Assembly (NCBI GenBank): GCA_963745035.1
Contig: CAVUVW010000011.1
Coordinates: forward strand, 224,001-288,000
Origin: an uncultured delta proteobacterium
GTDB taxonomy: Bacteria; Desulfobacterota; Binatia; UBA9968
DNA length: 64,000 nucleotides
Direction of reading: 5' to 3'
How positions within the stretch are numbered: the stretch's first letter is position 1; each line of letters begins with the position of its first letter. The translations under genes were made by a program, and so were the position numbers. Positions 19,016 to 30,416 of this stretch are shown in pieces. Below the pieces are notes generated by a model, which was given only the letters and a program-made list of their open reading frames with translations, did no database searches and was not told where the DNA came from.

Positions 19016-19813
19016 GTGAAAATAACTCCCGCCCTCGAACTTCGTAACGTCTCCCACGAAGCGAACGGCAAGCAGATTCTCGAGTCGATCAACTGGGTGG
19101 TTCAACCCGGCGAGCACTGGGCGATTCTCGGTCCCAATGGCTCGGGCAAAACGACGCTCGTCAAAATTGCCAGCGGCTATCTTTGGCCGAACCGCGGCGG
19201 CGAAGTTTACCGCAAAGGCAAGACGCTGACCCATCTTCCCGAACTGCGAAAAAGCATCGGTTGGGTAACCGCTTCGTTGGCGGGCGAAATCCCAATCCAT
19301 GAAAAAGCTCTGAACACCGTGGTTTCCGGGAAATTCGCCCAGATCGGTTATGTCGGTGGAACCTGGGGCGAGGCGAGCCGTTACGATTACACTTGCGCGC
19401 GGCAATATTTGAAAGAGCTCGGTTGCGAGCACGTCGGCGAACAGTCGTTCGGCACACTGTCGCAAGGCGAGCAGCAAAAAGTTCTCATTGCGCGGGCGCG
19501 CATGACTAAACCCTATCTGATCATACTCGATGAGCCGTGCGCCGGCATGGACCCGGGCGCTCGGGAAAAATTTCTCGCGGCGCTGAGCAAAATCGGCCGG
19601 CAGAAGAGAATTCCGGCGCTTATCTATGTGACGCATCATATCGAAGAGATCCTGCCGCTGTTTCGTAAAACGCTGGTGCTGAACGCCGGTAAGGTGCTCT
19701 ATTCGGGGCCGACCGGCAGCGTTCTCAAGGGCGATGTGTTGAAAAAATTGTATGGAGTTTCTTTGACGATGATCAAGCGCAAGGGACGTTATTGGCCGGT
19801 GACAAAAAAATAA
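19016..19813 (+). CDS. ABC ATP-binding protein (ModF/YlmA-like)
   Basis: GEHWAILGPNGSGKTT, LSQGEQQK, ILDEP, YVTHH. Confidence 0.9.
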   Translation: MKITPALELRNVSHEANGKQILESINWVVQPGEHWAILGPNGSGKTTLVKIASGYLWPNRGGEVYRKGKTLTHLPELRKSIGWVTASLAGEIPIHEKALNTVVSGKFAQIGYVGGTWGEASRYDYTCARQYLKELGCEHVGEQSFGTLSQGEQQKVLIARARMTKPYLIILDEPCAGMDPGAREKFLAALSKIGRQKRIPALIYVTHHIEEILPLFRKTLVLNAGKVLYSGPTGSVLKGDVLKKLYGVSLTMIKRKGRYWPVTKK

Positions 19814-19937
19814 GAGAACCCGAGCAAGATTTATCCCTACGGGCGAAATGACAATTTGAGCCATTTGGACAGCCGCTTCTCCGGCTTTGAACCTCGAACC
19901 TTGCGACTTTGACGCCCGCATCCTTCGTTAATCGCAG

Positions 19938-21411
19938 ATGGCGCCGCCACAAGAATCATCATCATCACCCGGCCGCAGTCGCTGGTGGTCGCTGTCGGTT
20001 GCTTCGGTGGCGACTTTGATCGTCACCTTGGACACCGGACAATTGAGCATTGCTTTGCCTTTGATCATCCGGGAGTTCAACGCCGAGCTCGCGCTGGCGA
20101 GTTGGATGGCGCTCGTTTACGCTCTGATCACGGCGTCGCTTTACCTGCCTTGCGGAAGAATGTCCGACCTGTTCGGTCTGGGAAAGTTATTTCTCGGCGG
20201 ATTTATTTTGTACTCGCTGAGCTCATTCGCCGCGGGGGCCGCCCAAGGCGCGGGGCAGCTAATTTTTTGCCGCGCGCTTCAAGCCGCCGGCAGCGCGCTG
20301 ATCATGGCGAACAACTTTGCCTTGGTCACGGCGCTGTTTCCGCCGGAGGAGCGCGGCCGGGCGATGGGTATCGCCGGCGGCACGATTTCCGCGCTAGGAT
20401 ATTCGCTGGGCCCGGTGATTGGCGGCCTGCTTACTCATGCTTTCGGTTGGCGCTCCAATTTCTTTCTGTCCGGCACCCTGGCATTGGCGGGCTTTGCCGC
20501 GGCGCGCGCGCTGCTGCCGCCGGAGAGTTTTCGCGGCTCGAATCAAAGAAAGGAGCCGTTCGATTTTGTCGGCGCGCTCAGTTTCGCGTTAGCCATTTCG
20601 GCGCTTCTGACGGCCCTGGCTTTGGCGCAAAAAGGAGAGTGGCAGGATGCCTTAGTCGTGCAGCGTGGCTCTCGGCGGGGCCGGCGTGCTGGGATTTTTC
20701 ATCTGGTGGGAAAAACGCATCGACTACCCGCTGCTCGATCTCGCGATTTTTCGTATTCCCGCGTTCACCCTCGGCAACGCGGCGCGATGGTTGAGCTTCA
20801 TCACGATGAGCGTCAGCAACTTGCTGATGCCATTTGTTCTGCAGCTCGGCATGGGCCTCGATCCGCTGCGCACTGGGATTCTCGTGGCGCCGACGTCGGT
20901 GGCGATGGCGCTGCTGGCGCCGCTCACCGGCTGGATGTCGGAAAAATTCGCGCCCGAGCGTCTCTGCGCCGCCGGTCTCGCGGTGAATGGCGTAGCGCTG
21001 ATTTCTCTCAGTTTCCTTGCCCCCGATTCGAGCGCGATGGAAGTCGTCTTCGGATTGGGCCTGATGGGCGTAGGAATGGGAATTTTTCAAACTCCGAACA
21101 ATAATCTGCTCATGAGCTCGGTGCCGCGGCACCGGCTGGGCGTGGGATCGTCGGTGTTATCGATCGTGCGCAGCCTCGGTTACTCCATCGGCGCCACCCT
21201 GGCCACCATGATCGTCAGCTATTCTTTATTGAGCTCGACGGGAGCCGCGTCATTGCAGAGCCTCGCGGTCGGTTCAGGTGCCGGTTTCGATGGGCTCGTG
21301 CTTGCCGCGTTCCTGCGCGGGTACCGTTACGCATTTCTCACCGCCGCGGTCGTGGCATTCGCCGGCGCGCTGATCAGTCTCTGGCCGGCGCGCCGGGATG
21401 ATTTCAATTGA
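19938..21411 (+). CDS. MFS DHA2 (EmrB/QacA-like) transporter; frameshift near 20660
   Basis: LDTGQLSIALP, GRMSDLFG, FPPEERGRAMG, PFDFVG, PLLDL.IF, FQTPNN. Confidence 0.88.
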
Positions 21412-21424
21412 TTCCGCCGATCGG

Positions 21425-22733
21425 TTAAAGCTTTGGACTGGACGGCGAGACGCAGTCCGCGGATGGCCAAAGCTGCTGGAGTCGCGCGAGTAACCCGACG
21501 AATAGAACCAGGAGGATCAGCTCCAGAACGAGTGGAACGATCTTCCACCCTGCGAAGACGAGAAGAATCGGCAGGAACACGCTCACCGCCACCCAGCCGG
21601 CGAGAGCAAGATCGTGAGAAACAATTTGCTTGGGCACGGGACCGTGATTTGCCAGCAAGAGGACGCCCGCCGGGAGCAAAACGCAGAGATCGTAATAAAG
21701 GAGGTGCGGCAGGGTGAGCGAGCAAAGCAAAACCCCGATGATGAGCGCGAGCGAGATCCATGTTCCATCGGCAAGCTTGGCGCGCGCGAGCTTCAGAGCG
21801 TAGCCGAATCCCACCAGCCAAAGCAGCGCGGCGCCTAGATAAAGCGGCCATTTGACCGCCGCTCTCAGCTCGGGCGGGAAGAGAATCATCAGATTGGCCG
21901 GCAAGACCGGTGATGAGGTGCGTCGGGATGCCGTGCAAGCCGCTGGAAAAGATCGAATCGCTCACGCGATGGCTTTGCAGCCAGCGCAAGGTCAGCTCCG
22001 GCGAAAAGAACATGACCGTCAAGCCCAGTAGAACGATCACTCCCAGCGCCATTCCGGCAAACGTGCGATAGCGGCCCGTGAGCGCGAGCACGAGCGCGAC
22101 GAAAGCGGCGGCGAGAAAATACTGCGGCTTAAGCAGCAGGAGCGACCAGACAAACCCCGCGGCGAGCGGCCATTGGCGCAGCAGCAAGAAGTAGCCGGCG
22201 CAAAGCGGCGCGACTCCGAACGCGAGACCGAGCTGCCCGGCCCAAAGCGTGAGGAAGACGGGGAAGTACAAGGAGGCAAGAAAAAAAATCTCGCCGGGTT
22301 TTCCCGATGTAACCTGGGCGAGGAGCCAGCAGGAAAAGGCCAGCGCGAGGACGGAAAGCGCTTGCCAGATCAGCAATGAATAATTTGGTCCGGCCAGGCT
22401 CAGCGGCGCAAAAAAGCCGGCGACGAGCGGCGTGTACATGTAGGCGCCGGTGGATCCTTTGGGTAAATGCGGCAGGAACTCGTGAGCGGCTTTGTCGAAT
22501 GGAGAGTTTACAAAGGATTTTGCGTCCGGCTCGGGATACAGCTCAGCGCCCCGCCCGGCCAGCACCAACTGCCCGGCGACGTAAAAAGTCATGATAAAAT
22601 CCGACTCTTGGAAGCGCTCGCGTTGGGAAAAAAGATTGTTGTCGACGAGGAAAATCCATGTGGCCACGGTCCAGACGGCGGCGACGAAAAGCGCGGCGCG
22701 GACCAAACGCGAAGACGGTGGAGTTTCCGCCAT
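21425..22733 (-). CDS. Glycosyltransferase family 87 (DUF2029) membrane protein; frameshift near 21900
   Basis: SDFIMTFYVAG, YMYTP, WAGQLG, LLKPQY, PHLLYYD. Confidence 0.78.
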
Positions 22734-22767
22734 TCGAGAGATAGATCGTCAGGCTAAGAAAATCTGC

Positions 22768-23514
22768 TCAGTGCTCGCTGACGCCGATACGGCCGATGAA
22801 CGGCAGTCGAAGGGCCGGTTTGGCGAAGTCGATGCCGAAATTCAACCCGAGCAAATTGAGCTCGAAGCCCTCTTCGCGGCCCATCGCCACGCCGAGGAGA
22901 CCCAGCATCGAAACCTGATAACCGGTGCCGCTGGGCGTGCAATCGAGCAGCGAGCCGTTGATCGGATAGTCCTTGCCGATCGCCGTCGCCGGCAAATCCA
23001 TGCGCAGCTCGGGCGTCTGGCGGCCGATGTAGGCCATAAACGTATTGCTATTCGGACCGGGCCAGACCTTGTACTCGTTGGCGTAGGGATAACTCGCCAC
23101 GGCTTCGAGTATTTTTGGTATGGCCCCGGCGGCTTCATCGCCGCTTAGCTCGGCCACCAAAGTCGGCTCGTTGCCGAACCAGCGGGCATCGGGAATGCCG
23201 GGCGCGGAAACCACCGACGAAAGACCGCGGTACAGGCGCCAGCCGATCACTTGATGAACCAGATACTCCGCCGCGTTCTCGGGTTTGGTCGCGATCCACG
23301 TATGAACGCCGAAGATACCGCGCCAGTTGAGCGCGCGGGCGTGGTAAACCTGCACGATCGCTTCGGGAGTATTCTCCGCGCGCGGCGCAAGGCCGGCGCT
23401 GGAGCGATCGGCGGTGCGAAAATCGCGGCCCAACGGCGCCTGCCCGGAAAGCACCGTGTAGAGAGGCAGGGCAACAAACAACAAGAGGCAGATGAGCAGC
23501 ACTTGAGATCGCAT
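22768..23514 (-). CDS. DUF3750 domain protein
   Basis: [53 protein letters not shown]. Confidence 0.85.
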   Translation of the reverse strand: MRSQVLLICLLLFVALPLYTVLSGQAPLGRDFRTADRSSAGLAPRAENTPEAIVQVYHARALNWRGIFGVHTWIATKPENAAEYLVHQVIGWRLYRGLSSVVSAPGIPDARWFGNEPTLVAELSGDEAAGAIPKILEAVASYPYANEYKVWPGPNSNTFMAYIGRQTPELRMDLPATAIGKDYPINGSLLDCTPSGTGYQVSMLGLLGVAMGREEGFELNLLGLNFGIDFAKPALRLPFIGRIGVSEH

Positions 23515-23662
23515 GGCGATGAGCTTGCCGCGGATTATAGCTCAGGGCACGGGCCAACTCCAGACGGCCTGCGCCGTCTATTTTGCCGCTCGGTTTTCGC
23601 TTATATTGCATGTCGAGGCTGTTGGAGTGATGATACGAGCGGCGCATTCTTCGGCCGCGGCA

Positions 23663-24141
23663 ATGGATATTCGCATCGGACATGGCTTCGACGTGCACCG
23701 TTTTCAGCGCGGGCGAAAACTGATTCTCGGCGGCGTCGAGATCCCGCACGATCGCGGCCTGGCCGGCCATTCCGACGCCGATGCCGTGCTGCACGCGCTG
23801 ATCAACGCCATTCTTGGGCGCGCTCGGCGATGGCGATATCGGCGCGCATTTTCCTGACAGCGACCCGCGCTACAAAGATATCGCGAGCGGCAAACTACTG
23901 AAGGAAACCTTGCGCATCATGCGCCGCCGGCGGTTCAAGATCATCAACGCGGACGTGACCTTGGTTGCCCAGCGCCCGAAGCTGGCGCCCTATTATGGGC
24001 GAATGCGGCAAAGCGTCGCGCGCCTGTGCAGGGTTGCGGAAGGCCGGATCAATATCAAGGCAACGACTACCGAGAAGCTCGGCTGGGCGGGCGCCGGCAA
24101 AGGGCTTGGCCGCGACTGCGGTGGTTTTGCTGGCTCGGTGA
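23663..24141 (+). CDS. ispF: 2-C-methyl-D-erythritol 2,4-cyclodiphosphate synthase; frameshifts near 23817 and 24108
   Basis: [48 protein letters not shown]. Confidence 0.95.
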
Positions 24142-24209
24142 GCGCCGTTTTCGACCGCGGTTTGTTGACATTGAAAAATTTCTATAATAATCAACGACTC
24201 TAATCTCAT

Positions 24210-24560
24210 GTGACATCCGATCCTGCCAAACCAGCGCCCGAAGCGCGTGAACAAGAGATCGAAAGGTTAGCTCAAGAGCTTGGCCGTCTGATTCAGGGCG
24301 CCGACCCTGAGCGACGCGAAGATCTCAAAGAGCTTGCGTTCGCCCTGATCCGCGAGGAGTTCATCCACAAGGCCGGCGACGAAAGCAGCGCGGCGGCAGG
24401 TTCGGCTCCGGCGCCGTTCAATCCACTGGGCACCGGAGTGTTGATATTCGTTTTGGGAGCGGGCTTGTCGTTTGTGTTCGGTCCGGTAGGGTTGGTGTTG
24501 ATGCTTGGCGGGATCATTTTTGTAGTCTGGGGCGCCCTGATTAGCTGGATTAAAGGATAG
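24210..24560 (+). CDS. Hypothetical protein with two C-terminal transmembrane helices
   Basis: Charged helical N-terminus and hydrophobic C-terminus; lies directly upstream of the Rieske gene. Confidence 0.65.
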   Translation: MTSDPAKPAPEAREQEIERLAQELGRLIQGADPERREDLKELAFALIREEFIHKAGDESSAAAGSAPAPFNPLGTGVLIFVLGAGLSFVFGPVGLVLMLGGIIFVVWGALISWIKG

Positions 24561-24566
24561 GCAATT

Positions 24567-25087
24567 ATGGCAGAGCCTGAGAAAGAAAAACGCGGTATCT
24601 GGTCGCGGCGGGATTTTTTTACACGCCTCGGGTGGGGCGGCTTCGGTATCTTTGGCGGGCTGAGCTCTGTTCGGATTTCTCCGATCAGCATTCCCGCGGG
24701 TATTATTCCAACCGCCAGCTACTTTTAAGGCCGGTCTGCCGGGCGATTACGCGCTCGGGCGAGGTCAGCGAAAAATACAAGCAGGACCAGCGCGTCTGGA
24801 TCGTGCGCGAGGACACCGGCTTCTATGCGATCTTCGCCAAATGCACCCACCTGGGCTGCACGCCGCGCTGGCTCGCCTCGGAGAACAAGTTCAAGTGCCC
24901 CTGCCACGGCAGCGGCTTCTTCAAGTCCGGCCTGAACTTCGAAGGGCCGGCGCCGCGGCCGCTCGACCGGTTCCAGATCACCGTCGGTGAGGACGGCCAG
25001 TTGGTCGTCGATAAGAGTAAAGTATTCAAAATGGGGCCGGGGGGCGAGCCCGACGAGCAGCATGCCGAGAGCATCCTCAAAGTCTAA
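24567..25087 (+). CDS. Rieske [2Fe-2S] subunit of a Rieske/cytochrome b complex; frameshifted N-terminus
   Basis: Tat motif SRRDFF after ATG 24567; CTHLGC, CPCHGS, GPAPRPL. Confidence 0.92.
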
Positions 25088-25098
25088 CGGATAAAACA

Positions 25099-25871
25099 AT
25101 GAGCCTTATCGATAAAATCAAAAGCGATATCGTCGAGAGCCACGTCTGGAAGTCGATCTTTCGCCACGGCTACGAGGACACGCCGCGCAACCGCGTGATG
25201 ATGGTGACGGCCAACGTCTTTCTGCATCTTCATCCCGCCAAGGTGCGGCGCCACGCGGTGCGCATGCGCTTTACCTGGTGCATGGGCGGCCTCACCTTTC
25301 TCATGTTTCTCATCACCGCCGTGACCGGCATCTACCTGATGTTCTACTACCGCCCGGTGGCGGAATACGCCTACGCCGACATGAAGTATCTCGAGTTCGA
25401 CATGCCCTTCGGCATGCTCATGCGCAACATGCACCGCTGGGCGGCGCACGCGATGATCGTGTTCGTCTGGCTGCATATGTTTCGGGTCTTCCTCACCGGC
25501 TCCTACAAGCCGCCGCGCGAGTTCAACTGGATCGTCGGCGTGCTTGCTGCTGGTGCTGACGCTTGCTTTTGAGCTTCACCGGCTACCTGCTGCCGTGGGA
25601 TCAGCTCGCCATCTGGGCCGTCACCGTCGGCTCCAACATGGCGCGCGCCACTCCGTTGCTGGGCTATGAGGGACCGTTCGCCGAGTTCGTCGGCGCCAAT
25701 CCGATCTATGATGCGCGCGCTTTCTTATTTGGCGGCGGCGAGATCGGGCCGCACACGCTGCTGCGCTTCTACATCCTGCACTGCATCTTCATCCCGCTCG
25801 TCGCCAGCATCTTGATGGCCGTGCATTTCTGGCGCATCCGCCGCGACGGTTTCTCCGGTCCGTCGCTCTAG
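25099..25871 (+). CDS. Cytochrome b, N-terminal (b6-like) subunit; frameshift near 25545
   Basis: WCMGG (heme ci Cys), [43 protein letters not shown]. Confidence 0.93.
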
Positions 25872-25895
25872 CAATTACCCGATCGAGGAAGGCAC

Positions 25896-26668
25896 ATGGC
25901 AGAGGCCGCCCGCGAAAAAAAGCTCCCGCTCGACGATAAGGTCCATACCTGGCCGCACCTGGTGCGCATGGAGTTTCTCTGCGCGCTGTTCATCATGGTC
26001 GCGTTGTCGCTGTGGTCGATCACGATCGACGCGCCGTTGGAAGAGCCGGCCAATCCGACGCGCACGCCCAATCCGTCGAAGGCGCCGTGGTACTTTCTCG
26101 GTTTGCAGGAAATGCTGGTGTACTTCGATCCCTGGCACGCCGGCGTGGTGCTGCCGAGTCTCATCATCGTCGGATTGATGGTGATCCCGTACATCGACAT
26201 CAATCCGCGCGGCAACGGCTACTACTGCTTCAAGGATCGAAAGTGGGAGATCCTCACGTTCTATCTTCGGCTTCCACATTCTCTGGATCGTCATGATCAT
26301 CATCGGCACGTTCTTTCGCGGCCCGGGATGGAACCTGTTCTGGCCGTGGCAGCGCTGGGACCCGCACAAGGTCGTGGCGCTGACCAACGTCGATTTGCCG
26401 TATCTGCTCGGCTTTCGCGATTACTGGCTGTCGGCGGCCTTCGGCCTGTTTTGCCATCGGCGTCTATTTTGTCGTGGGAATGATCGGCTTTTACTATTTC
26501 GTGCTTGAAAGTGAAGGGCAAAGATTTCCTCGAGCGCTGGGGCATGGTGCGCTTTACCATCGTCGGCCTCTTGATCGTGCTCATGATGTCGCTGCCGGTC
26601 AAAATGTTTCTGCGGCTGGTCTTTAACGTCAAGTACGTTCTTAGTCGACTCCCTGGATCAATATCTAA
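25896..26668 (+). CDS. Cytochrome b C-terminal / subunit IV-like protein with extra TM helices; frameshifted
   Basis: WPHL, APLEEPANPTRTPNPSKAPWYFLGLQE, PYID.NP, GTFFRGPGW. Confidence 0.88.
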
Positions 26669-26837
26669 ATGTTCTACGTGGCGAAGATTCTCCAGGCCTT
26701 GGGGCTCGCGGATATCGGCTACGCGCTCTATGTGGGCGTCATGAAAAATTCTTCCATGGCTGAAGAAATCGTGCTCGACGTTGATCGGTCTCGGGATTTT
26801 TTCCCTGGGACGCGCGCTCGAGCGCAAAGCAGCGTAA
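26669..26837 (+). CDS. Small two-TM membrane protein in the cytochrome bc operon; frameshifted
   Basis: MFYVAKILQALGL...LIGLGIFSLGRALERKAA; abuts the neighbouring genes. Confidence 0.55.
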
Positions 26838-26847
26838 GGGAGTCGGG

Positions 26848-29543
26848 ATGGCGGAGCGAGGCATCGACCAAAAAGAAGAGAAAAAATCCTACGGCAGCAT
26901 CTTTGTTATCGGCATCGCTCTGTTGGTGGCGTCTGATCCTTTTGGGCTTTCTGGGACGATAACTTCACGCGCCGGCCGTGGAAAAGCGTGCAGGCGAGGT
27001 TCTACCGGCTCGATTACAACAAGGCCAAGGCGGCCTACGAAGAAGAGGACAAGAAGCTTCAAGCCGACGCCAATTACCAGGAGCTTTCGAAAAAACTCGC
27101 GGCGTTCCGCTCCAATCTCGACAACGGCGATTTGGGCAAAAAGCTCAGGGCGCTGGAAAGCGAAGAACAGCGCGCCACGGTCAGGTTTCAAGAGATCGAT
27201 CAAAAGGTCAAGGACGTAAAGAGCGAGCTCGAAGAAGCCTGGTACGAGCACGACCACGCGGTCCAGCAAAAGCGTGATCCGAAACCGTATCTCGAGATCA
27301 TCGCCGAGCTCGACAAACGCCGAGCTCCAACTCGAAAAGGAGCTCGAACCGGCGCGCGCCAAGCGCAATCAGCTCAAGGAAGAAATCAAAACAATTCAGT
27401 CCGGCGCCAAGGAGATCGAGGACGAGCTCACTAAGCTCTCGGCGGAGCGCGATAAATGGGTTCGGGTGATGGACAATGCGACCCTCAAGCTCGGACCCCT
27501 GACCTTGCCGAAGATCCCGAGCATTCAGCAGGTCTCTCTGGATGAATTCGATCGCAACCGCTTCGATCAGCCGGTGGCGCGCGTGGACCGCTGCGTCACC
27601 TGTCACCTGGCGATCAACCGGCCGGGATTCGAAAAGGAGCCCCATCCCTACAGAACTCATCCGCGCCGCGAAGTGCTACTGGCGGATAACGCTCACCCGC
27701 CGGAGAAATTCGGCTGCACCGGCTGCCACGAAGGCCAGGGCGTAGCCGTCAACAGCGTCAAGCAGGCGCACGGCGAAGTTCATCTCTGGGAGTTTCCGCT
27801 GCTGCGCGGCGATAAGGCGCAATCGAGCTGCACGTCCTGCCATCTCGACGTGCAGAAGTTCGCCGAGGACGCGCCGCTGCTGGCCGAAGGGCAGCGGCTC
27901 TTCGAGCAGGTGGGCTGCACGGGCTGCCACTTGGTGAAAGGATACGAAAACATTCCGAAGATCGCGCCGAGCCTGCTCAAAATCAGCGCCAAAGTCGATC
28001 CGAGCTGGATGGTGCGCTGGATCGAGAATCCGCACAAGTTCCGTCCGAAAACGCGCATGCCGAATTTCGAGCTCAAGCAGGACGAGGCGCTGGCGATCGC
28101 GTCGTATATTTGGTCGCAATCGAAGGAAGAAGGCGACAAGTGGACTAAAGAGCATCCCATGCCCGCTTCTTTCCGCGAGGGCGACGCCAACGCGGCGGCG
28201 CGCAGGGAAAGAAACTCGTGGAAACGATCGGCTGCAAGGGCTGTCACGGCTTTGCCGACGGCGAGTTTTCCACGCCGCTCGGCAAAGAAAAGGACCTGGT
28301 GCCCAATCTGAAAGACATCGCGGCGAAAAGCGGACCGCAGTGGATTTATCACTGGATCAAAGATCCGCGCGGCTTTCAGCCGGACACGCGCATGCCGAGC
28401 CTCCGTCTGACTGACGAGGAAGCCGGAGCGATTACTGACTTATCTTACGACGCTGGGGTCAAAGGCGGAGCCGATAGCGGGCATTGAAGAAAAACTCGCC
28501 GATCCGGCCAATATCAAGCGCGGCGAGTCGGCTGGTGCGGCGGTGGGGCTGTTTCGGCTGTCACGAGATCAAGGGCATGGAGAAGGAGTCGCGCATCGGC
28601 GCGGAGCTGACTACTTTCGGCTCGAAAACGGTCGAGGAGCTTTCTTTCGGTAACCGAACCGATGTGAAGCATACCTGGGACGATTGGACGTACCATAAAC
28701 TCAAGTCGCCGCGCGGCTACGCGACGGAGCGGGTCGAGCAGCTCATGCCGCAGTTCAATTTGGCCGATGAGGACATCAAGGCGTTGCGTATCTTGCTCGG
28801 CGGGTTCCGCGAGCGAAAAGTCGCCCAGCGCTACTTGGCCGACCAGGGACTGCGCGTGGAGCAAGTTGTCGAAGGGCGGCGCTTGATGCAGCAATATAAC
28901 TGCGTCGGCTGCCATGAGATTGAAAACCGAGGCGGGTTTGTTAGAAAGTACTACAAGGATAACGAGGCATCTGCGCCGCCGCCGCTCAACGGTGAAGGAG
29001 AAAAAGTCCAGTCGCCGTGGTTTTTTGGATTTCTCAAGGCGCCGATCACCCTGCGGCCCTGGTTGGAGATTCGGATGCCGACTTTCGGTCTTTCCGACGA
29101 CCATACGAATCAGCTGGTGAGCTATTTCAATGGTCTTTCCAAAGTGGATATTCCGTATGCCTACATCGATGACGGAAAGATTCCACCGGGAGCATATCGA
29201 CGCCGCGAAAATTCTCGTATCGAAGGACTATTTCAATTGCTTTAGCTGCCATGTGCAGGGCGGGCGCACTCCGGAAGGCCCCAAAGAAGGCTGGGCGCCC
29301 GATCTGGCCATGGCACGCCAGCGTCTCAATCCCAACTGGATCATCAAGTGGATAAAGGATCCGCAAAAAATTCAACCAGGGACGAAGATGCCGTCATTTT
29401 ATCCAGGCGGCCCCGATGACGTTCTCGGCGGCAAAGAGGATTTGCAGATTCAGGCGTTGCGCGATTATTTGGTCACTCTTGGCCGAAACGGCACGGCTCC
29501 AGCGCCAGCCGCGGCAGCAGTCAAAGTTAAACCAGCGAAATAG
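26848..29543 (+). CDS. Membrane-anchored multiheme cytochrome c (8 CxxCH); multiple frameshifts
   Basis: CVTCH, CTGCH, CTSCH, CTGCH, CKGCH, CFGCH, CVGCH, CFSCH across successive frames; N-terminal TM helix plus coiled coil. Confidence 0.85.
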
Positions 29544-29608
29544 TGAATAACGCGGCGCTTGGTTTCGTCAGAATGGTGATGGGTCGTTAAAAGCGAAGGA
29601 GGAAAATC

Positions 29609-30322
29609 ATGAGAAAATTGGGCTCTTTAGTTTTATCGACGGCGCTGATGGCGGTGCCGGTTAGCGGCGTGGCAGCCTATCAAGCCGGCGATGTCAAAGA
29701 CGGCGGCAGCATTTCAGGAACGGTAAAGTTCAAAGGTAATGCGCCGGCGCCGAAAAAGCTCGACGTGGGAAAGGATAAGGAAGTTTGCGACAAGTCTCCC
29801 AAGATGGACCAATCGCTGGTCGTCAATAACGGCAATTTGGCAAATGCCGTGGTCACGATCACGGATATTCAAAAGGGCAAAAAGATTGCGACTCAAAAGG
29901 TAAAGTTGGATCAAAAGGGCTGCGAGTATCAGCCCCACGTGCTGGCCTTTCCCGCGGGAAGCACCGTCGAAATCGTGAACCCGGACGGCATTCTCCACAA
30001 CGTGCATTCTTACAGCAAGGCGAACAGCCCGTTTAATCAGGCGATGCCGAAGTTCAAGAAAACCCTGGACGTTAAGATCGACAAGCCTGAGGTCATCGAA
30101 GTCAAATGCGACGTGCATGGCTGGATGCACGGCTGGCTGGTCTCGGCGCCGACTCCGTATGTCGCGGTGACCGACAACTCGGGTGCTTTCAAGATGACCG
30201 ATGTTCCGGCTGGGTCATACACGGTCGAAGTATGGCACGAGAAGCTCGGTAAGAACACGCAGAAGGTTACCGTCAAAGCGAAGGACGACGCAAAAGTAAA
30301 CTTTGAAATGGCCGGCAAATAG
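29609..30322 (+). CDS. Secreted protein with carboxypeptidase-regulatory-like and cupredoxin-like domains
   Basis: Signal peptide; GSISGTV, LDQKGCEYQPHV, ILHNVH, KCDVHGWM, VTDNSGAF..DVPAGSY..VWHEKLG. Confidence 0.8.
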   Translation: MRKLGSLVLSTALMAVPVSGVAAYQAGDVKDGGSISGTVKFKGNAPAPKKLDVGKDKEVCDKSPKMDQSLVVNNGNLANAVVTITDIQKGKKIATQKVKLDQKGCEYQPHVLAFPAGSTVEIVNPDGILHNVHSYSKANSPFNQAMPKFKKTLDVKIDKPEVIEVKCDVHGWMHGWLVSAPTPYVAVTDNSGAFKMTDVPAGSYTVEVWHEKLGKNTQKVTVKAKDDAKVNFEMAGK

Positions 30323-30345
30323 CCGCGTTCAGGCTCGCTTTACAC

Positions 30346-30380
30346 ACGGCGCCCGGATCTAATCCGGGCGCCGTTTTTTT
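30346..30380 (+). terminator. Rho-independent terminator of the cytochrome bc operon
   Basis: acggcgcccggat-cta-atccgggcgccgt followed by a T-run. Confidence 0.85.
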
Positions 30381-30416
30381 GTGCGCAGTGGCGCGCTTCG
30401 AAAAACCTTGTGCGCG

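Noticed and set aside
19887-19914. Degenerate heptamer run ttgaacctcgaaccttgcgactttgac
   Set aside because: Single, highly degenerate and unpaired; too weak to call as a member of the repeat families.
24165-24188. Perfect TTGACA and TATAAT upstream of the bc operon
   Set aside because: The spacer is only 12 bp, incompatible with a single sigma70 promoter; a promoter is probably nearby but cannot be placed.
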